DNA from: a virus | Taxonomy: Duplodnaviria > Caudoviricetes | IMG/VR virus record: IMGVR_UViG_3300034375_010259 | Coordinates: 1-52,020 of that record | Length of the DNA: 52,020 nucleotides | Direction: 5' to 3' (one strand) | Shown: positions 9,981 to 20,796 of the stretch, one piece after another | How the letters are laid out: every line of letters begins with the position of its first letter | Numbering within the stretch: the stretch's first letter is position 1 | Translations under genes and position numbers: made by a program | The notes under the pieces: model-generated | What the model was told of the DNA's origin: nothing | The model's database searches: none | The model's input: the letters and a program-made list of their open reading frames with translations, nothing else

Positions 9981-10022
9981 GGACGGTACAGACTAAAAAC
10001 CTGTATCGTCCTTAATTTCTTT
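9981..10022 (+). terminator. stem-loop, probable terminator or processing site
   Basis: GGACGGTACAG-9nt-CTGTATCGTCC stem followed by TTAATTTCTTT. Confidence 0.55.
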
Positions 10023-10033
10023 ACGAGGCTTAA

Positions 10034-10720
10034 ATGGCAATTACATTAGCAGAACTAAAAACTCAAGCCCGTCAAATGGCTGACATGGAACAAAGTCAAT
10101 TTGTTACCGACGCTGAACTAACTAACTACATAAATTTTGCAATCGCAGAACTACATGACCTCCTAGTACAAACATACGGATCTGATTACTTTTTAGAATC
10201 CGTCGAAGGCACTACCACATCCGGAACAGCCGACTACGCACTTCCAGCAGACTTCTACAAACTACGAGGCATTGACGTAAGATTAAACGGAACCGACTGG
10301 TTCACAGTACCTCCATTTAATTTTAACGAAAGAAATAAATATGAAAGATTTGGAAGCTGGACACTTTTAGGAATATCAAATATAAGATACCGAGTAATGG
10401 GAGGCAATTTAAAACTCACTCCTACGCCAGATAGCAACGTAGACTACAGACTATGGTACATTCCAGTAGCTTCAAAACTTTCAGCAGATACAGACTCTTT
10501 AAATGATGTTAATCAATACTCCGATTACGTAATAGTAACCGCAGCTATGAAAATGCGACACAAAGAAGAATCTGACATAAGAGCATTAGCAGCCGAACGC
10601 GGTCGCATAGTTGAAAGAATTGAACAAGCAGCCCAAAACCGTGACGCTGGGCAATCTGAGCAAATAACTGACATTTACGCCGATAACACTGATTACATAT
10701 TCTATACATCGGATAGCTAA
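10034..10720 (+). CDS. head-tail adaptor / tail tubular protein A-like
   Basis: TLAELK..ARQ, DAELTNYIN.AI.EL, YALPADF, LTPTPD pattern typical of podovirus adaptors. Confidence 0.75.
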   Translation: MAITLAELKTQARQMADMEQSQFVTDAELTNYINFAIAELHDLLVQTYGSDYFLESVEGTTTSGTADYALPADFYKLRGIDVRLNGTDWFTVPPFNFNERNKYERFGSWTLLGISNIRYRVMGGNLKLTPTPDSNVDYRLWYIPVASKLSADTDSLNDVNQYSDYVIVTAAMKMRHKEESDIRALAAERGRIVERIEQAAQNRDAGQSEQITDIYADNTDYIFYTSDS

Positions 10721-11037
10721 TGTCTGTAAAAAACTTTAAAAAGTTAGCTTTAAAGGATAAAGAATCTTCAAAGCTGCAAGAAAACGTAGAACTGGTTTTA
10801 AAGCCTATAATAAACTCTCAAATAATTGATGGAGTTTTATTAAAATGTGTAGACTTACAGCCAGGAAAAAGAAACGAAGTACAGCACAAGCTTGGAAGAC
10901 TTCCTCTAGGCTACATAGTCGTACGTAAGCGAGCTGATGCAAGAATATGGGATTTGCAGGACACTAACCCTGCTCCTGGACAAACTTTTTCACTAGCCTG
11001 CTCTCATGCAGTACAAGTGGATTTATGGATTTTTTAA
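10720..11037 (+). CDS. small tail structural protein
   Basis: VQHKLGRLPLGYIVV motif common in small tail proteins; position in the module. Confidence 0.55.
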   Translation: MSVKNFKKLALKDKESSKLQENVELVLKPIINSQIIDGVLLKCVDLQPGKRNEVQHKLGRLPLGYIVVRKRADARIWDLQDTNPAPGQTFSLACSHAVQVDLWIF

Positions 11038-11046
11038 AGGAATAAT

Positions 11047-11703
11047 ATGGCTACTCCAAATATGAACCTAAGTCTTCCAACTGTATCAATCACAGAAGGA
11101 CCTGAATGGGCTACAGCACTAAACACAGCTATCGAAATGATAGACGCCCACGACCATTCAAGCGGAAAAGGCTCTAAAGTAACTCCAGCAGGCTTGTTCA
11201 TCAATTCAAACTTAGAATTTAACGACAACTCCATCTACGAATTAAAATCTGCAAGATTCCAGGAACAATCAGCAGCCCTAACCGGCTCCGCAAACAGTAA
11301 TGGTCTACACAGCGTTCTAGGAAACCTTTACTGGACAAACGGCTCTGGAGTAGCTGTTCAACTAACTTCCGGAGGCTCCTTAGTATCCGCAACTCCAAGC
11401 ACTAATAGCTATGAAACATTAGCAGTCTCAGCAAACTTAGGTATCAACTCAATAGACACTTACTCCTACTTATTAGTAGACACCACAGTATCACGAACTA
11501 TCACATTACCAGCAGCTTCAGCAGTCTCTAACGGTCGTTTCTACATCATAAAAGACGTATCTGGACAATCATTCGCCAATAACATTTCAATAGCAGTAAC
11601 CGGAGCCGATACTATAGACGGAGATTCATCAGCTACATTATCATCCAACTACGGAAGCTGGACAATTGTAGGCGACGGAACTAGTGAATGGCATATCTCA
11701 TAA
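11047..11703 (+). CDS. tail fibre / fibre-attachment protein
   Basis: TPNMNLSLP N-terminus, HDHS motif; C-terminal TITLP..IKD..NNI..TIDG..NYG..DG..W domain. Confidence 0.65.
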   Translation: MATPNMNLSLPTVSITEGPEWATALNTAIEMIDAHDHSSGKGSKVTPAGLFINSNLEFNDNSIYELKSARFQEQSAALTGSANSNGLHSVLGNLYWTNGSGVAVQLTSGGSLVSATPSTNSYETLAVSANLGINSIDTYSYLLVDTTVSRTITLPAASAVSNGRFYIIKDVSGQSFANNISIAVTGADTIDGDSSATLSSNYGSWTIVGDGTSEWHIS

Positions 11704-11714
11704 GGGATTTATAA

Positions 11715-14654
11715 ATGTTAAGAAAACAAACAATACCGATCCCATTAGTAGAAGGCGTCGAAACTAAAATAGACGAAAACCAAAAAACTATCGGATCTAT
11801 AAGAATCTTAGAGAACGTAGAATTTGAAGATCCTGGAAAGTACGTAAAACGAACAGGATATGACTGCATATCTGTAGACATCCTAGGAAGCTCCTCAATT
11901 ACAGATCCTAGAAAAATTACAACGTACAAAAATGAACTTTGTGTAGCAAACGACACCAATCTATACTCTTACTCAGACTCTACAAATAAATGGACCAACA
12001 AAGGAACCATATCCAACATATTTCCAACCTCAACTCCAATAGTTAGAAATAATTATCAACAATACAATCTAGCTTCAGGACATAAAAACGATATTCAAGT
12101 CTACGCATGGCAAGACACTAGAGGCGGGATCAGAATCACAATGATAGACGCCGCTACTGAAAATGAACTAATAAGCGACGTAGAAATAACAGCCTCCGGA
12201 ACCGTTCCAAGCATTGAAATAACAGAGGCAACCTGCTACATTTTTTTCATTGACGGAAGCAGCATAAAATTCCGAAAAATTGATATAGCAAACCCAACTG
12301 AAATAGAGTCAGAAGTAACCATCATCAACGCCGACCTAAACGCCGGAAATAAAATCTATGACACTTGCCAAGTAAATAACAGAGTCTTCATAGCATACTA
12401 CTCAGCCGCCGCAGATTTAAAATATTTCTACCTATTAGACGATGACACTTTATCGGCTGGAGTAGCCGACGCGGAAGCTCCGTCAACGGCTTTAACACTT
12501 AACCCAGACTACCAAGGTCGTATAGGCGTATCATTCTACAACGGAACTGAGGTAAAATGTGCAGTTAAAAACTTTTCCCTTTCCGCAAACATAGTTCCTT
12601 ATAATGTAGTAGAAACTGTAGCCAATATAACTAGAACTACAATGAGTACTGAGGACGGAACAACTTACACCGTATTTTATGAGCAATCAGCCGCCAGCGC
12701 CTCTAATCACTTAATAAGATCCAATACAGTAACTACAGCATCAGTAATAGGCACCGCTTCAGTCTTCAAAAGATCTTGCGGAATAATAGCAAATGCTTTC
12801 ACCCATGATCAAAAAATATACTTACCAACAATACATGCATCCTCTCTTCAATCTACAATATTTATACTCAACAAAGACTCTGAAGTAGTTTCAAAAATAT
12901 CTTACTCCGTATCAGGAGGTCTTCTAAGTACTTATAAGCTTAGTAAAGTAACCAGCATAAGCACTAGCAAGTATTTGCTGACGAGTCAAATTAAAAACAG
13001 AAACATCTCAGAAGACAACACTCTATTCAGCCTTCTAGGCGTGAACAGTACTTCCCTAGACTTTGACAATTCCGTAAAATATGACAACGCTCGTCTAGGC
13101 ACAAACCTACATTTCGCCGGAGGAATTATACAAGCCTATGATGGAAAAGAAATCGTAGAACACGGATTCCACATATTCCCTGAAGGTCTTGTAAATTCCG
13201 CCACCGCCACTATTGGCGGAAATATGTCGGATGGAACTTACCAGTACGCTGCCGTCTATAGTTGGATAGACAACAAAGGCAATGAGCATAGATCAGCTCC
13301 ATCAGAGTTCTTAGAAGTAACCTTATCAGGCGGAACCGCTACACAAACGGTAGACATACAAATCCCAACTCTAAGAATAACTGAAAAATCAAACGCAGTA
13401 ATAGAATTATACAGATCAGAAGCCAACGGAACCGTTTTATATAAAGTAACTTCCACAACTTCTCCAGTCTATAACGACACTACAATAGACACAGTAACTA
13501 TTCAAGACACATTAGCCGACTTAACAATACTGTCAAATGAACTAATATATACAACCGGAGGCGAATTAGACAACATAGCTGCTCCCGCTGCATCCATTAT
13601 AGAAACTTTTCAAAACCGAATAATACTTGCAGGATTGGAAAACAAAAATTCAATCCAGTACTCTAAAATACAACAACCTGGAAAGCCTGTACAATTTAAT
13701 GACACTTTGATTCAACAGGTAAATTCCAGAGGCGGAGACATCACAGCCGTAGCAGCTTTAGACGACAAACTAATAATCTTCAAAGAAACTGCCATCTACT
13801 ACATGTCTGGCGACGGTCCTAATAATTTAGGAGAGCAAAATACATTCATTGAACCAGAACTCATATCTTCAGACGTAGGCTGCAAAACTCAAAACTCAAT
13901 CGTAAGAATACCGTCAGGAATCATGTTTCAATCCGAAAAAGGCATTTACCTGATAGACAGAAGCCTTAACACAACCTACATAGGCGCTCCCGTAGAAGAC
14001 TACAATGACCTAACCATTAAATCAGCAAGCTTTATACCTAATAAAAATCAGGTAAGATTCCTAACCGATGATCAATGTTTATCATACAACTACCTAGTAA
14101 ACAAATGGGTATTGTTCACAAACCATCAAGGGATCTCGTCCACTGTATTAGGAAATGACTACTACTACATTAGAGAAACTAATGACATATTCAAATCCGC
14201 TACGCATTTCACAGATAACGGCTCCCCAATCCTAATAGCCCTAGAAACCGCATGGATCTCAGCCGGCGGAGTTCAAGGCTTTGCCAGGATCTACAGAGCC
14301 CTTATTTTGGGAGAATACAAATCTCCTCATAAAATAAAGCTAAAACTAGCCTATAACTACCTAGACGCCTTTACACAGGAAAGTCTAATAGATACGTCCG
14401 ATTTCACAGCTACTACGGTTTACGGAGGAGACTCTCCCTACGGCTCAGGAAGCCCCTATGGAGGCACCGGAAACCAGTACCAAATGAGAATCGACATGAA
14501 ACAGCAAAAATGCCAAAGCATTAAGCTCAGATTAGAAGAATCTCAAAGCGACAACTACGGCGAAGGGCTGCAATTATCTAACATTTTGCTAGTAGTAGGG
14601 AATAAGTGGTCAGAATTTAAGCCAGATCAGACCAGAGTTTACGGAGCGTCGTAA
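11715..14654 (+). CDS. tail nozzle / tail tubular protein B (P22 gp10 / T7 gp12-like)
   Basis: 979 aa, beta-propeller-like; ENV.F..PG...KRTG start; DKLIIFKETAIY and VGC...NSIV motifs. Confidence 0.75.
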   Translation: MLRKQTIPIPLVEGVETKIDENQKTIGSIRILENVEFEDPGKYVKRTGYDCISVDILGSSSITDPRKITTYKNELCVANDTNLYSYSDSTNKWTNKGTISNIFPTSTPIVRNNYQQYNLASGHKNDIQVYAWQDTRGGIRITMIDAATENELISDVEITASGTVPSIEITEATCYIFFIDGSSIKFRKIDIANPTEIESEVTIINADLNAGNKIYDTCQVNNRVFIAYYSAAADLKYFYLLDDDTLSAGVADAEAPSTALTLNPDYQGRIGVSFYNGTEVKCAVKNFSLSANIVPYNVVETVANITRTTMSTEDGTTYTVFYEQSAASASNHLIRSNTVTTASVIGTASVFKRSCGIIANAFTHDQKIYLPTIHASSLQSTIFILNKDSEVVSKISYSVSGGLLSTYKLSKVTSISTSKYLLTSQIKNRNISEDNTLFSLLGVNSTSLDFDNSVKYDNARLGTNLHFAGGIIQAYDGKEIVEHGFHIFPEGLVNSATATIGGNMSDGTYQYAAVYSWIDNKGNEHRSAPSEFLEVTLSGGTATQTVDIQIPTLRITEKSNAVIELYRSEANGTVLYKVTSTTSPVYNDTTIDTVTIQDTLADLTILSNELIYTTGGELDNIAAPAASIIETFQNRIILAGLENKNSIQYSKIQQPGKPVQFNDTLIQQVNSRGGDITAVAALDDKLIIFKETAIYYMSGDGPNNLGEQNTFIEPELISSDVGCKTQNSIVRIPSGIMFQSEKGIYLIDRSLNTTYIGAPVEDYNDLTIKSASFIPNKNQVRFLTDDQCLSYNYLVNKWVLFTNHQGISSTVLGNDYYYIRETNDIFKSATHFTDNGSPILIALETAWISAGGVQGFARIYRALILGEYKSPHKIKLKLAYNYLDAFTQESLIDTSDFTATTVYGGDSPYGSGSPYGGTGNQYQMRIDMKQQKCQSIKLRLEESQSDNYGEGLQLSNILLVVGNKWSEFKPDQTRVYGAS

Positions 14655-14666
14655 ATATGGTATACT
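14638..14666 (+). promoter_or_regulatory. internal sigma70-type promoter
   Basis: TTTACG-17bp-TATACT with TG extension upstream of the GNAT and ejection genes. Confidence 0.5.
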
Positions 14667-14683
14667 GTATTTGGGAGGATTTT

Positions 14684-15016
14684 ATGACCAGATCGATGTA
14701 TGCCAAATATAAAAAAGAACGTGAAAACAAAGAAATTCTTGAAAGTGAAATAGGATTTGCTATTTATTTCTTCGAAAATGACTATGTCTATATCGAAGAT
14801 ATTTTCGTCGAAAAAGAATACCGAAAGGGAAAAGAAGCTTCAAGGCTTGCAGACGAAATAGCAAAAATAGCAAAACAAAAAGGAATTAACAAAATGCTAG
14901 GTTCGGTCCGACCCTCCTCAAAGGGAAGCACCTCTAGCTTGAAAGTTCTTCTAGGCTACGGATTCAAACTAGCTTCCAGCCATGAAGACGCAATATATTT
15001 CATAAAGGATATATAG
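14684..15016 (+). CDS. GNAT-fold acetyltransferase (T7 gp13-like position)
   Basis: YIEDIFVEKEYRKGKEASRL; ATG at 14684 after GGAGG. Confidence 0.75.
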   Translation: MTRSMYAKYKKERENKEILESEIGFAIYFFENDYVYIEDIFVEKEYRKGKEASRLADEIAKIAKQKGINKMLGSVRPSSKGSTSSLKVLLGYGFKLASSHEDAIYFIKDI

Positions 15017-15024
15017 GAGAAATA

Positions 15025-16527
15025 ATGGGCGGAGTAGTTTCATCAGTCACAAAACCAGTAATGGACACAGTCAGCAACGTACCGATAGTAGGCACCGCTT
15101 TAGGAGGTCTTGGGATAGGGAATAAAGCAAAATCTAAAGTAGCTCAAGCAAATGAAAGATATATAGATCCAGAAGCTTTTAAACTTCACACTGGCGCCGG
15201 TGGTGTAGGTCAAATTCAATGGGGATTGCACAATCTTGGAAGTATTGCAGACCGACGACGAATTGCTTTGCAAAAACAAGCCGACACAAGAAGAGAACAA
15301 TTCGGCGGAAGCCTTGGAAATCAAAACCAGTCTCGACAAGCCCAACTAAGATTTCAACAAAGCTTAGAACGTCAAGCCGCCGGTCAAGGTCCTTCACTAG
15401 CTCAAGCTCAATTAAAATCAGCTCAAGACAGATCCTTAAGACAACAAATGGCAGCCGCATCAACTATGCGTGGAGGTCCAGTAGGCGCTCAACAGCGTCA
15501 ACTCATGAGACAACAATCAACCGCTCAAGCCGATCTAGCTCAACAAGCTACACAAGCTCGAATGGCAGAGCAACTTCAAGCTCAACAGCTCCTAGGAAGT
15601 GCAAACGAGCAAATGAGAGCCGGAGACTTAGCATCTTCTCAACAACTTTTAGGCGCTAGACAATTAGAAGAAGAATTAGCAAACAAACAATTTCAACTAT
15701 CAATGGCAGCTCCAGAACTAGCCTTAAAGTTTGGACAAGCTGATCAAGCTGCTAGAGCTGATTTAGAAAGACTACGAACAAACCAATACACCGGACTAGC
15801 AGGCGCTAACCTACAAGCTCAGTCAAGCGCACAAGCCGCCCAAGCTGCAAAAGAAGGTGGAATGTTGAGCGGATTAATGAGTGCAGGCGGAGCTATAGGT
15901 GCAGCGGCACTCCCACTCATGTCAGATGAAAGAACTAAAAAAGCTAAACCAGCCGACGAAAGTTTCGTAAAAAAGAAAACATCCGAAATAGCTTCTGCAT
16001 TTTCCAAAAAAACTAAAAGTGCCACTAAAAACATTAAAGAACATAAAAGAACTAACGCTAAAAACGCTGATGCAAGCAGAAAAAAACTGGGAAACGCCTT
16101 AGGAGACGCAGGAAGTCAATTAGGAAAAGGAATAGCTTCCGGAGCAGATGCAGCAAAACAAGAATATGAAAAAGCTGCACAAGCTGGAGCAGATCTTCAC
16201 AAAAAATCATTAGCTGCAATGTCTGACGAAAAAACAAAACAAAAAGACTCAGATTTCACACCTAAAAAGTTTTTGGACGCTATAAAACCTTACTCTTTTG
16301 AGTACAAAGATGAGTACAAAAACATGCCAGGTGCCGGAAGAGAAAAATATCTAGGAATCATGGCACAAGATTTAGAAAAATCAGGAGCCGTAGGCAAAAG
16401 CATGGTCCATCATTCACCCGAAGGCATTAAGCAAGTTGACTTCGGAAAAGGCTTTGGAGCCATCCTAGCATCACAAGCTCATTTAAACAAAAGACTAGAA
16501 GCTATTGAGAAAAAAAGGAAGAAGTAA
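15025..16527 (+). CDS. ejection (internal virion) protein with C-terminal peptidase S74 intramolecular chaperone domain
   Basis: Gln/Ala/Gly-rich body; MSDERTK and MSDEKTK; LDAIKPYSFEYK..YLGIMAQDLE..VDFG S74-like tail. Confidence 0.7.
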   Translation: MGGVVSSVTKPVMDTVSNVPIVGTALGGLGIGNKAKSKVAQANERYIDPEAFKLHTGAGGVGQIQWGLHNLGSIADRRRIALQKQADTRREQFGGSLGNQNQSRQAQLRFQQSLERQAAGQGPSLAQAQLKSAQDRSLRQQMAAASTMRGGPVGAQQRQLMRQQSTAQADLAQQATQARMAEQLQAQQLLGSANEQMRAGDLASSQQLLGARQLEEELANKQFQLSMAAPELALKFGQADQAARADLERLRTNQYTGLAGANLQAQSSAQAAQAAKEGGMLSGLMSAGGAIGAAALPLMSDERTKKAKPADESFVKKKTSEIASAFSKKTKSATKNIKEHKRTNAKNADASRKKLGNALGDAGSQLGKGIASGADAAKQEYEKAAQAGADLHKKSLAAMSDEKTKQKDSDFTPKKFLDAIKPYSFEYKDEYKNMPGAGREKYLGIMAQDLEKSGAVGKSMVHHSPEGIKQVDFGKGFGAILASQAHLNKRLEAIEKKRKK

Positions 16528-18143
16528 TGAATGATAAATTAGCAGCATTGCAAAATGCACAAAACTTACAAAAACTAAAAGAATCAGGATACCTTCCACA
16601 AGACTTTAACGGCGTTCAACCTGAAGTACCACCAGCTCCAGTAGCTCCAGTAGCTCCAGTAGCTCCCGAAGCCCCTATGGAAGCTGTAAATCCCGAAGCT
16701 CAAGTACCTCCAACAGCTATAAACCCTGAAGCCTCTAGCCTAGAAGCTCCACTACCTCCAGGACCTTCAAGAGAAGAACTAGATCCACATGGGATTCTAC
16801 CTATAAACGAAGAACCTCAATTTGATCCTTCAATGCCACAAGAAACTCCAGAAGAAGCAGATCGTCGGTTACGTCAGGAAGAAATAGACGCGAAACAATC
16901 TGACCTAGCCGAAGAAGAAAGTATCATGATAGGTCATTTAAAGAAAAATCAACAAGAGCAAGATGCTATATCAAACAAAAGAATAGCCGAGCAGTATATT
17001 GAAAAAAAGAAACAAATAGAAACTAATGTAGCAACTGAAAAAGCCGTTCAAGACCACGTAACTAAGACTAATGACGAAATACAAACCAAAATAAAAGGCG
17101 CCCTCAATACCATAAAAAGAGAAGATGAGGAAGCAAAAACCGACGAAGTTGTCGATAAAGACGGTGAAAAAGTTTGGAGCATTTGGGGAAAAATAGCTTT
17201 TGCACTAGCAGCAGGTATTTCCGGAGCTGGACAAGCTATGGCAGGCGATAGAGGTCCTAATAGATTCATACAAGCTTATCAAAATGCAAAAGACTCTGTT
17301 TTAAAAGGTAAAAAATTAACCGAAGAACAAAGACTTGCCAAAGAAGAAATGATACTAAAAAAACAACAAGTAAATATAAGAAAAGCCGCCCAAGCAACAA
17401 ACGAAAAAAACGCTAAAACTAATCTTATGAAGGTTGAAAGAATGTTGCAAATGGAAGGTGCAAAACTGCATATCGAAAGACTTAAACTAGCAATGAAACA
17501 ACAAGAAAAACTACAGCAAGCGCAAGTCTTTAAGAACGAAGTAGCCAACAAAGGTCTCACAAGAGAACAATATCTTGCAGTAGACGAAAAGCGAGCAAAA
17601 TCATACGTATACCTACCAAGCATGGATAGATACCAAAAGCTCACTTCTCCAACCGTAGCAGATAAAACCACTTTCGCAATCGGTAAATACAACGGAGCTG
17701 TAAATCAAATCAACATGATGGAAAACCTCATGGAGCAAATAGACACAGGAGATAAAATACTAGCTTCAGCAAACCTAAGTAAAACCGCCGCATCATTACA
17801 ATCCCAGATAGGCTTCCTAATCGGAGAAAACCGAGTAGAAGTACTAGGTCCAGGTGTTATGACTCCAGCGGAACTAGAATACGTAAAAGGACTTATAGGT
17901 GATCCAACTAAATTCGCCGATGGAATGTCAGACGTAGAAAAAACAAAAATGAGAGGCTTTTTAGGATCTGTTCAAAGTAGAATGATAGAAAACCTACGAG
18001 CTACTGGACTACAACTACCTCCTTCTAAAAACGAAGCCAGAATCGAGGCTATGTTGAAAAAAAATCCAAAATTGGATAGAATAACCGCCGTACAAGCATT
18101 ACAAAAAGTGAATGAGTGGGATTATAACTTCAACAAACTATAA
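16527..18143 (+). CDS. putative ejection / internal virion protein
   Basis: Pro-rich N-terminus, coiled coils, one hydrophobic segment; position in the module. Confidence 0.55.
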   Translation: MNDKLAALQNAQNLQKLKESGYLPQDFNGVQPEVPPAPVAPVAPVAPEAPMEAVNPEAQVPPTAINPEASSLEAPLPPGPSREELDPHGILPINEEPQFDPSMPQETPEEADRRLRQEEIDAKQSDLAEEESIMIGHLKKNQQEQDAISNKRIAEQYIEKKKQIETNVATEKAVQDHVTKTNDEIQTKIKGALNTIKREDEEAKTDEVVDKDGEKVWSIWGKIAFALAAGISGAGQAMAGDRGPNRFIQAYQNAKDSVLKGKKLTEEQRLAKEEMILKKQQVNIRKAAQATNEKNAKTNLMKVERMLQMEGAKLHIERLKLAMKQQEKLQQAQVFKNEVANKGLTREQYLAVDEKRAKSYVYLPSMDRYQKLTSPTVADKTTFAIGKYNGAVNQINMMENLMEQIDTGDKILASANLSKTAASLQSQIGFLIGENRVEVLGPGVMTPAELEYVKGLIGDPTKFADGMSDVEKTKMRGFLGSVQSRMIENLRATGLQLPPSKNEARIEAMLKKNPKLDRITAVQALQKVNEWDYNFNKL

Positions 18144-18151
18144 GAGTTTAT

Positions 18152-20737
18152 ATGACAAAAAAGCAAGCCCCTGAAGATAATCAAGACTTAAAAGTCTTAA
18201 AATCTGAAGCAGATATAGCAGCCGACAAAGCCTTAGAAGCCATTGGAACTCCTTCAAGTTCTACAACTCCTTCTAATCCGCAAGTCGATCCCATACAAGG
18301 TCATGTATTCGACAATGACGACGAAGTCGCAGTATCTAAAGCTTTAAACAAAATAGAAGTAGAACAAAAATACGGCGACCAAAACCTTAGAACGGCTGCC
18401 GAATCCGCACTAAGCGCCGCCACTCTAGGAATATCCGACAAAGCTTTAGTAGAATCAGGACTAGTAGACGCTGAAGACCTTGCAGGACGAAGAGAAGCCA
18501 ACCCATTTGCATCCGGAGTAGGATCTGTCGGCGGTTTAGCAGCTTCTCTAGCCTTTCCAGGTGGAGCCGCCGCAAAAGCCGCACAAGCCGCTACTACTAC
18601 TGGAAAAGTCGCCGCTACCGCCGGAAAAGTCGCTTCTACCGCAACAGCTTTACCAAGAGTAGCACAAGCCGCAGGAAAAACCGCAGAAACCGCTCTAGCA
18701 AATGTAATTAAAAAATACGGAAAAGACTCTACAGTTCACAACATTATAAAACAAACAATAGCCAAAGGCGCTGGCGGAGCCGTTGAAGGCGGTTTCTATG
18801 GAGTAGGTCATTTAATATCTGAAAACGCTTTAAATGATGTAGAATTAAGCGTAGAAAATCTTGTCTCTAACATCGGCATGGGCGCCTTACTAGGTGGAGC
18901 TACTTCCTCAGGCTTAGTAATACTTCCAGCTTTAGGATCTGTCGCAGGAAAAAAAATAGCATCAGGGACAAAACAAGTTCGAGAATCTTTAGGAAAATCA
19001 CTAGGACCTAAAGGTGAAGCTATGAAGGCTGTACTCAAGGAAAAATCAGAAAAACTTACAGATGCTAACTCCTTAATGGGAGATATTTTAGGATGGACTC
19101 CATCTCGAAGAGTCAATTGGGAGAAAAATCCCGACCTATATGACAACGTAGCTTCTTGGACACATGAAAATTTAAAAATAAAAAATATTCAAAGAGCTGA
19201 CCACTTTTTAAATCAATTAAAAAACGTAGAAAAAAGAACCGCCAACGCCGCCAATAAACTATTCGAAGAAGTAGATTCAAAAGTCAGTACTCCCGCATAC
19301 AAACTCTATCAAGACATGCTATCCACCTTAAAAGGCGTCGAAGAACGTAATCGAACTGGATACATGAACAAACTAATAAAAGATTTCAGAAAAAAAGTAC
19401 ACTCAAAAGAAATACTACCAGACTCAGCCCCTCATGCTAAATACGGAAGAACTTATAAACTAGTACCTAATGTCGGACTAGCTGAAAAATCAAAAAACTT
19501 ATTAGAACTTAGAAGACAGATTGACGAAGTAGTAAATTGGGGTGATAAAAAAACAGCCGACCATGCTCTAATAAAAATAAGAGAACAAATAAACAACACA
19601 CTCAAAGATATAGCAGAAAAGAACATTCCAGGAGGCGGAGCCCAATTTCGAAAAATAAACTATGACATCAGAATGACTAAAAGACTTATCGACGATGTCA
19701 TGAAAAAAGAAGCTAAAGGCGGCGGAAAAAGCGCTCTTGAAAATGTACTAGACTTCAAAAACCTAGGACTAGCAATACTCGGTCATGGAATAGGAGGAAT
19801 CGAAGTCGCCGGAACAATTGCAGCAGGAAAAGCTCTATTAGAATCAGAAATGGTAAAACGCGCCAGAATTATACACGCCTTAGAAAAAGCCGGAAAGAAA
19901 AACGACGAAGCTGTAAAAGGATACGTATCTAAATTCTTCGAAGGCGCTAAAAACGCCACCGGAACAACTTTAAAACCCGTCAATAGGTTCGCAAGCAAAT
20001 ATGGTAAAGACACTTTTAGAGTTTCATTAATTAACAGCGAACTATCAAAACCATACGACGATACCAAAAAGAAACCAAAAAATAGAATGGAAGCCTTCCA
20101 AACTGTAAGCAACAACCTTTCAAGGCTAAAAACGGAACCAGAACTCCTAGAAAAACTAATAGGTCGAAAAATTCTCCCAATGTATGAAGCCGCGCCGCGC
20201 TCCGCAATGACAATGATCGACACCGCCGTCAGAGGCATAGACTTTTTAGCTTCAAAGCTTCCAAAGCCTTTAACAGAACGAGGAATGTTCAGAAAACATG
20301 AATTTGAACCTTCTGAAATACAACTTCGAAAGTTCGAAAGATACTTAACAGCCGTAAACAACCCTATGTCAGTAATAGAAGATTTCGCCGCTGGAACCTT
20401 AACTCGCGAAGGTGCCGAAGCCTTACAAGTCGTTTATCCTAAAATCTTTCAAGGTCTTCAGCAGACAGTCCTAGCCTACGGAACGGAAAAAAACATAGTC
20501 CTTCCGCTACAAAAAAGAATCCAAGTAGGAATACTGCTAGACATACCGTCAGACATCTCGCTTCAACCAAAGCATTTAGCCGCTTTGCAGCAATCTTTTG
20601 CAGATCAAGCCGAATCTGAACAAGACTCTCAAGCTTCTCAAGCGCCTTCTCAGTCTAAAGCAACTCCTGCCAGAGCTGACAAACTCGACAGAGCTTCCAG
20701 AGAGGAAACTAAACAAAATAGAATAGCGCAACGCTAA
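18152..20737 (+). CDS. large ejection / internal virion protein
   Basis: 861 aa; Gly/Ala-rich membrane-like segments (SAATLGISD, GGAVEGG); position in the module. Confidence 0.6.
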   Translation: MTKKQAPEDNQDLKVLKSEADIAADKALEAIGTPSSSTTPSNPQVDPIQGHVFDNDDEVAVSKALNKIEVEQKYGDQNLRTAAESALSAATLGISDKALVESGLVDAEDLAGRREANPFASGVGSVGGLAASLAFPGGAAAKAAQAATTTGKVAATAGKVASTATALPRVAQAAGKTAETALANVIKKYGKDSTVHNIIKQTIAKGAGGAVEGGFYGVGHLISENALNDVELSVENLVSNIGMGALLGGATSSGLVILPALGSVAGKKIASGTKQVRESLGKSLGPKGEAMKAVLKEKSEKLTDANSLMGDILGWTPSRRVNWEKNPDLYDNVASWTHENLKIKNIQRADHFLNQLKNVEKRTANAANKLFEEVDSKVSTPAYKLYQDMLSTLKGVEERNRTGYMNKLIKDFRKKVHSKEILPDSAPHAKYGRTYKLVPNVGLAEKSKNLLELRRQIDEVVNWGDKKTADHALIKIREQINNTLKDIAEKNIPGGGAQFRKINYDIRMTKRLIDDVMKKEAKGGGKSALENVLDFKNLGLAILGHGIGGIEVAGTIAAGKALLESEMVKRARIIHALEKAGKKNDEAVKGYVSKFFEGAKNATGTTLKPVNRFASKYGKDTFRVSLINSELSKPYDDTKKKPKNRMEAFQTVSNNLSRLKTEPELLEKLIGRKILPMYEAAPRSAMTMIDTAVRGIDFLASKLPKPLTERGMFRKHEFEPSEIQLRKFERYLTAVNNPMSVIEDFAAGTLTREGAEALQVVYPKIFQGLQQTVLAYGTEKNIVLPLQKRIQVGILLDIPSDISLQPKHLAALQQSFADQAESEQDSQASQAPSQSKATPARADKLDRASREETKQNRIAQR

Positions 20738-20796
20738 CAATTTTACTAATATAGAACCCGCTAAGACCTACAAGTCTGAGCCCACAAGGAGCCTAA

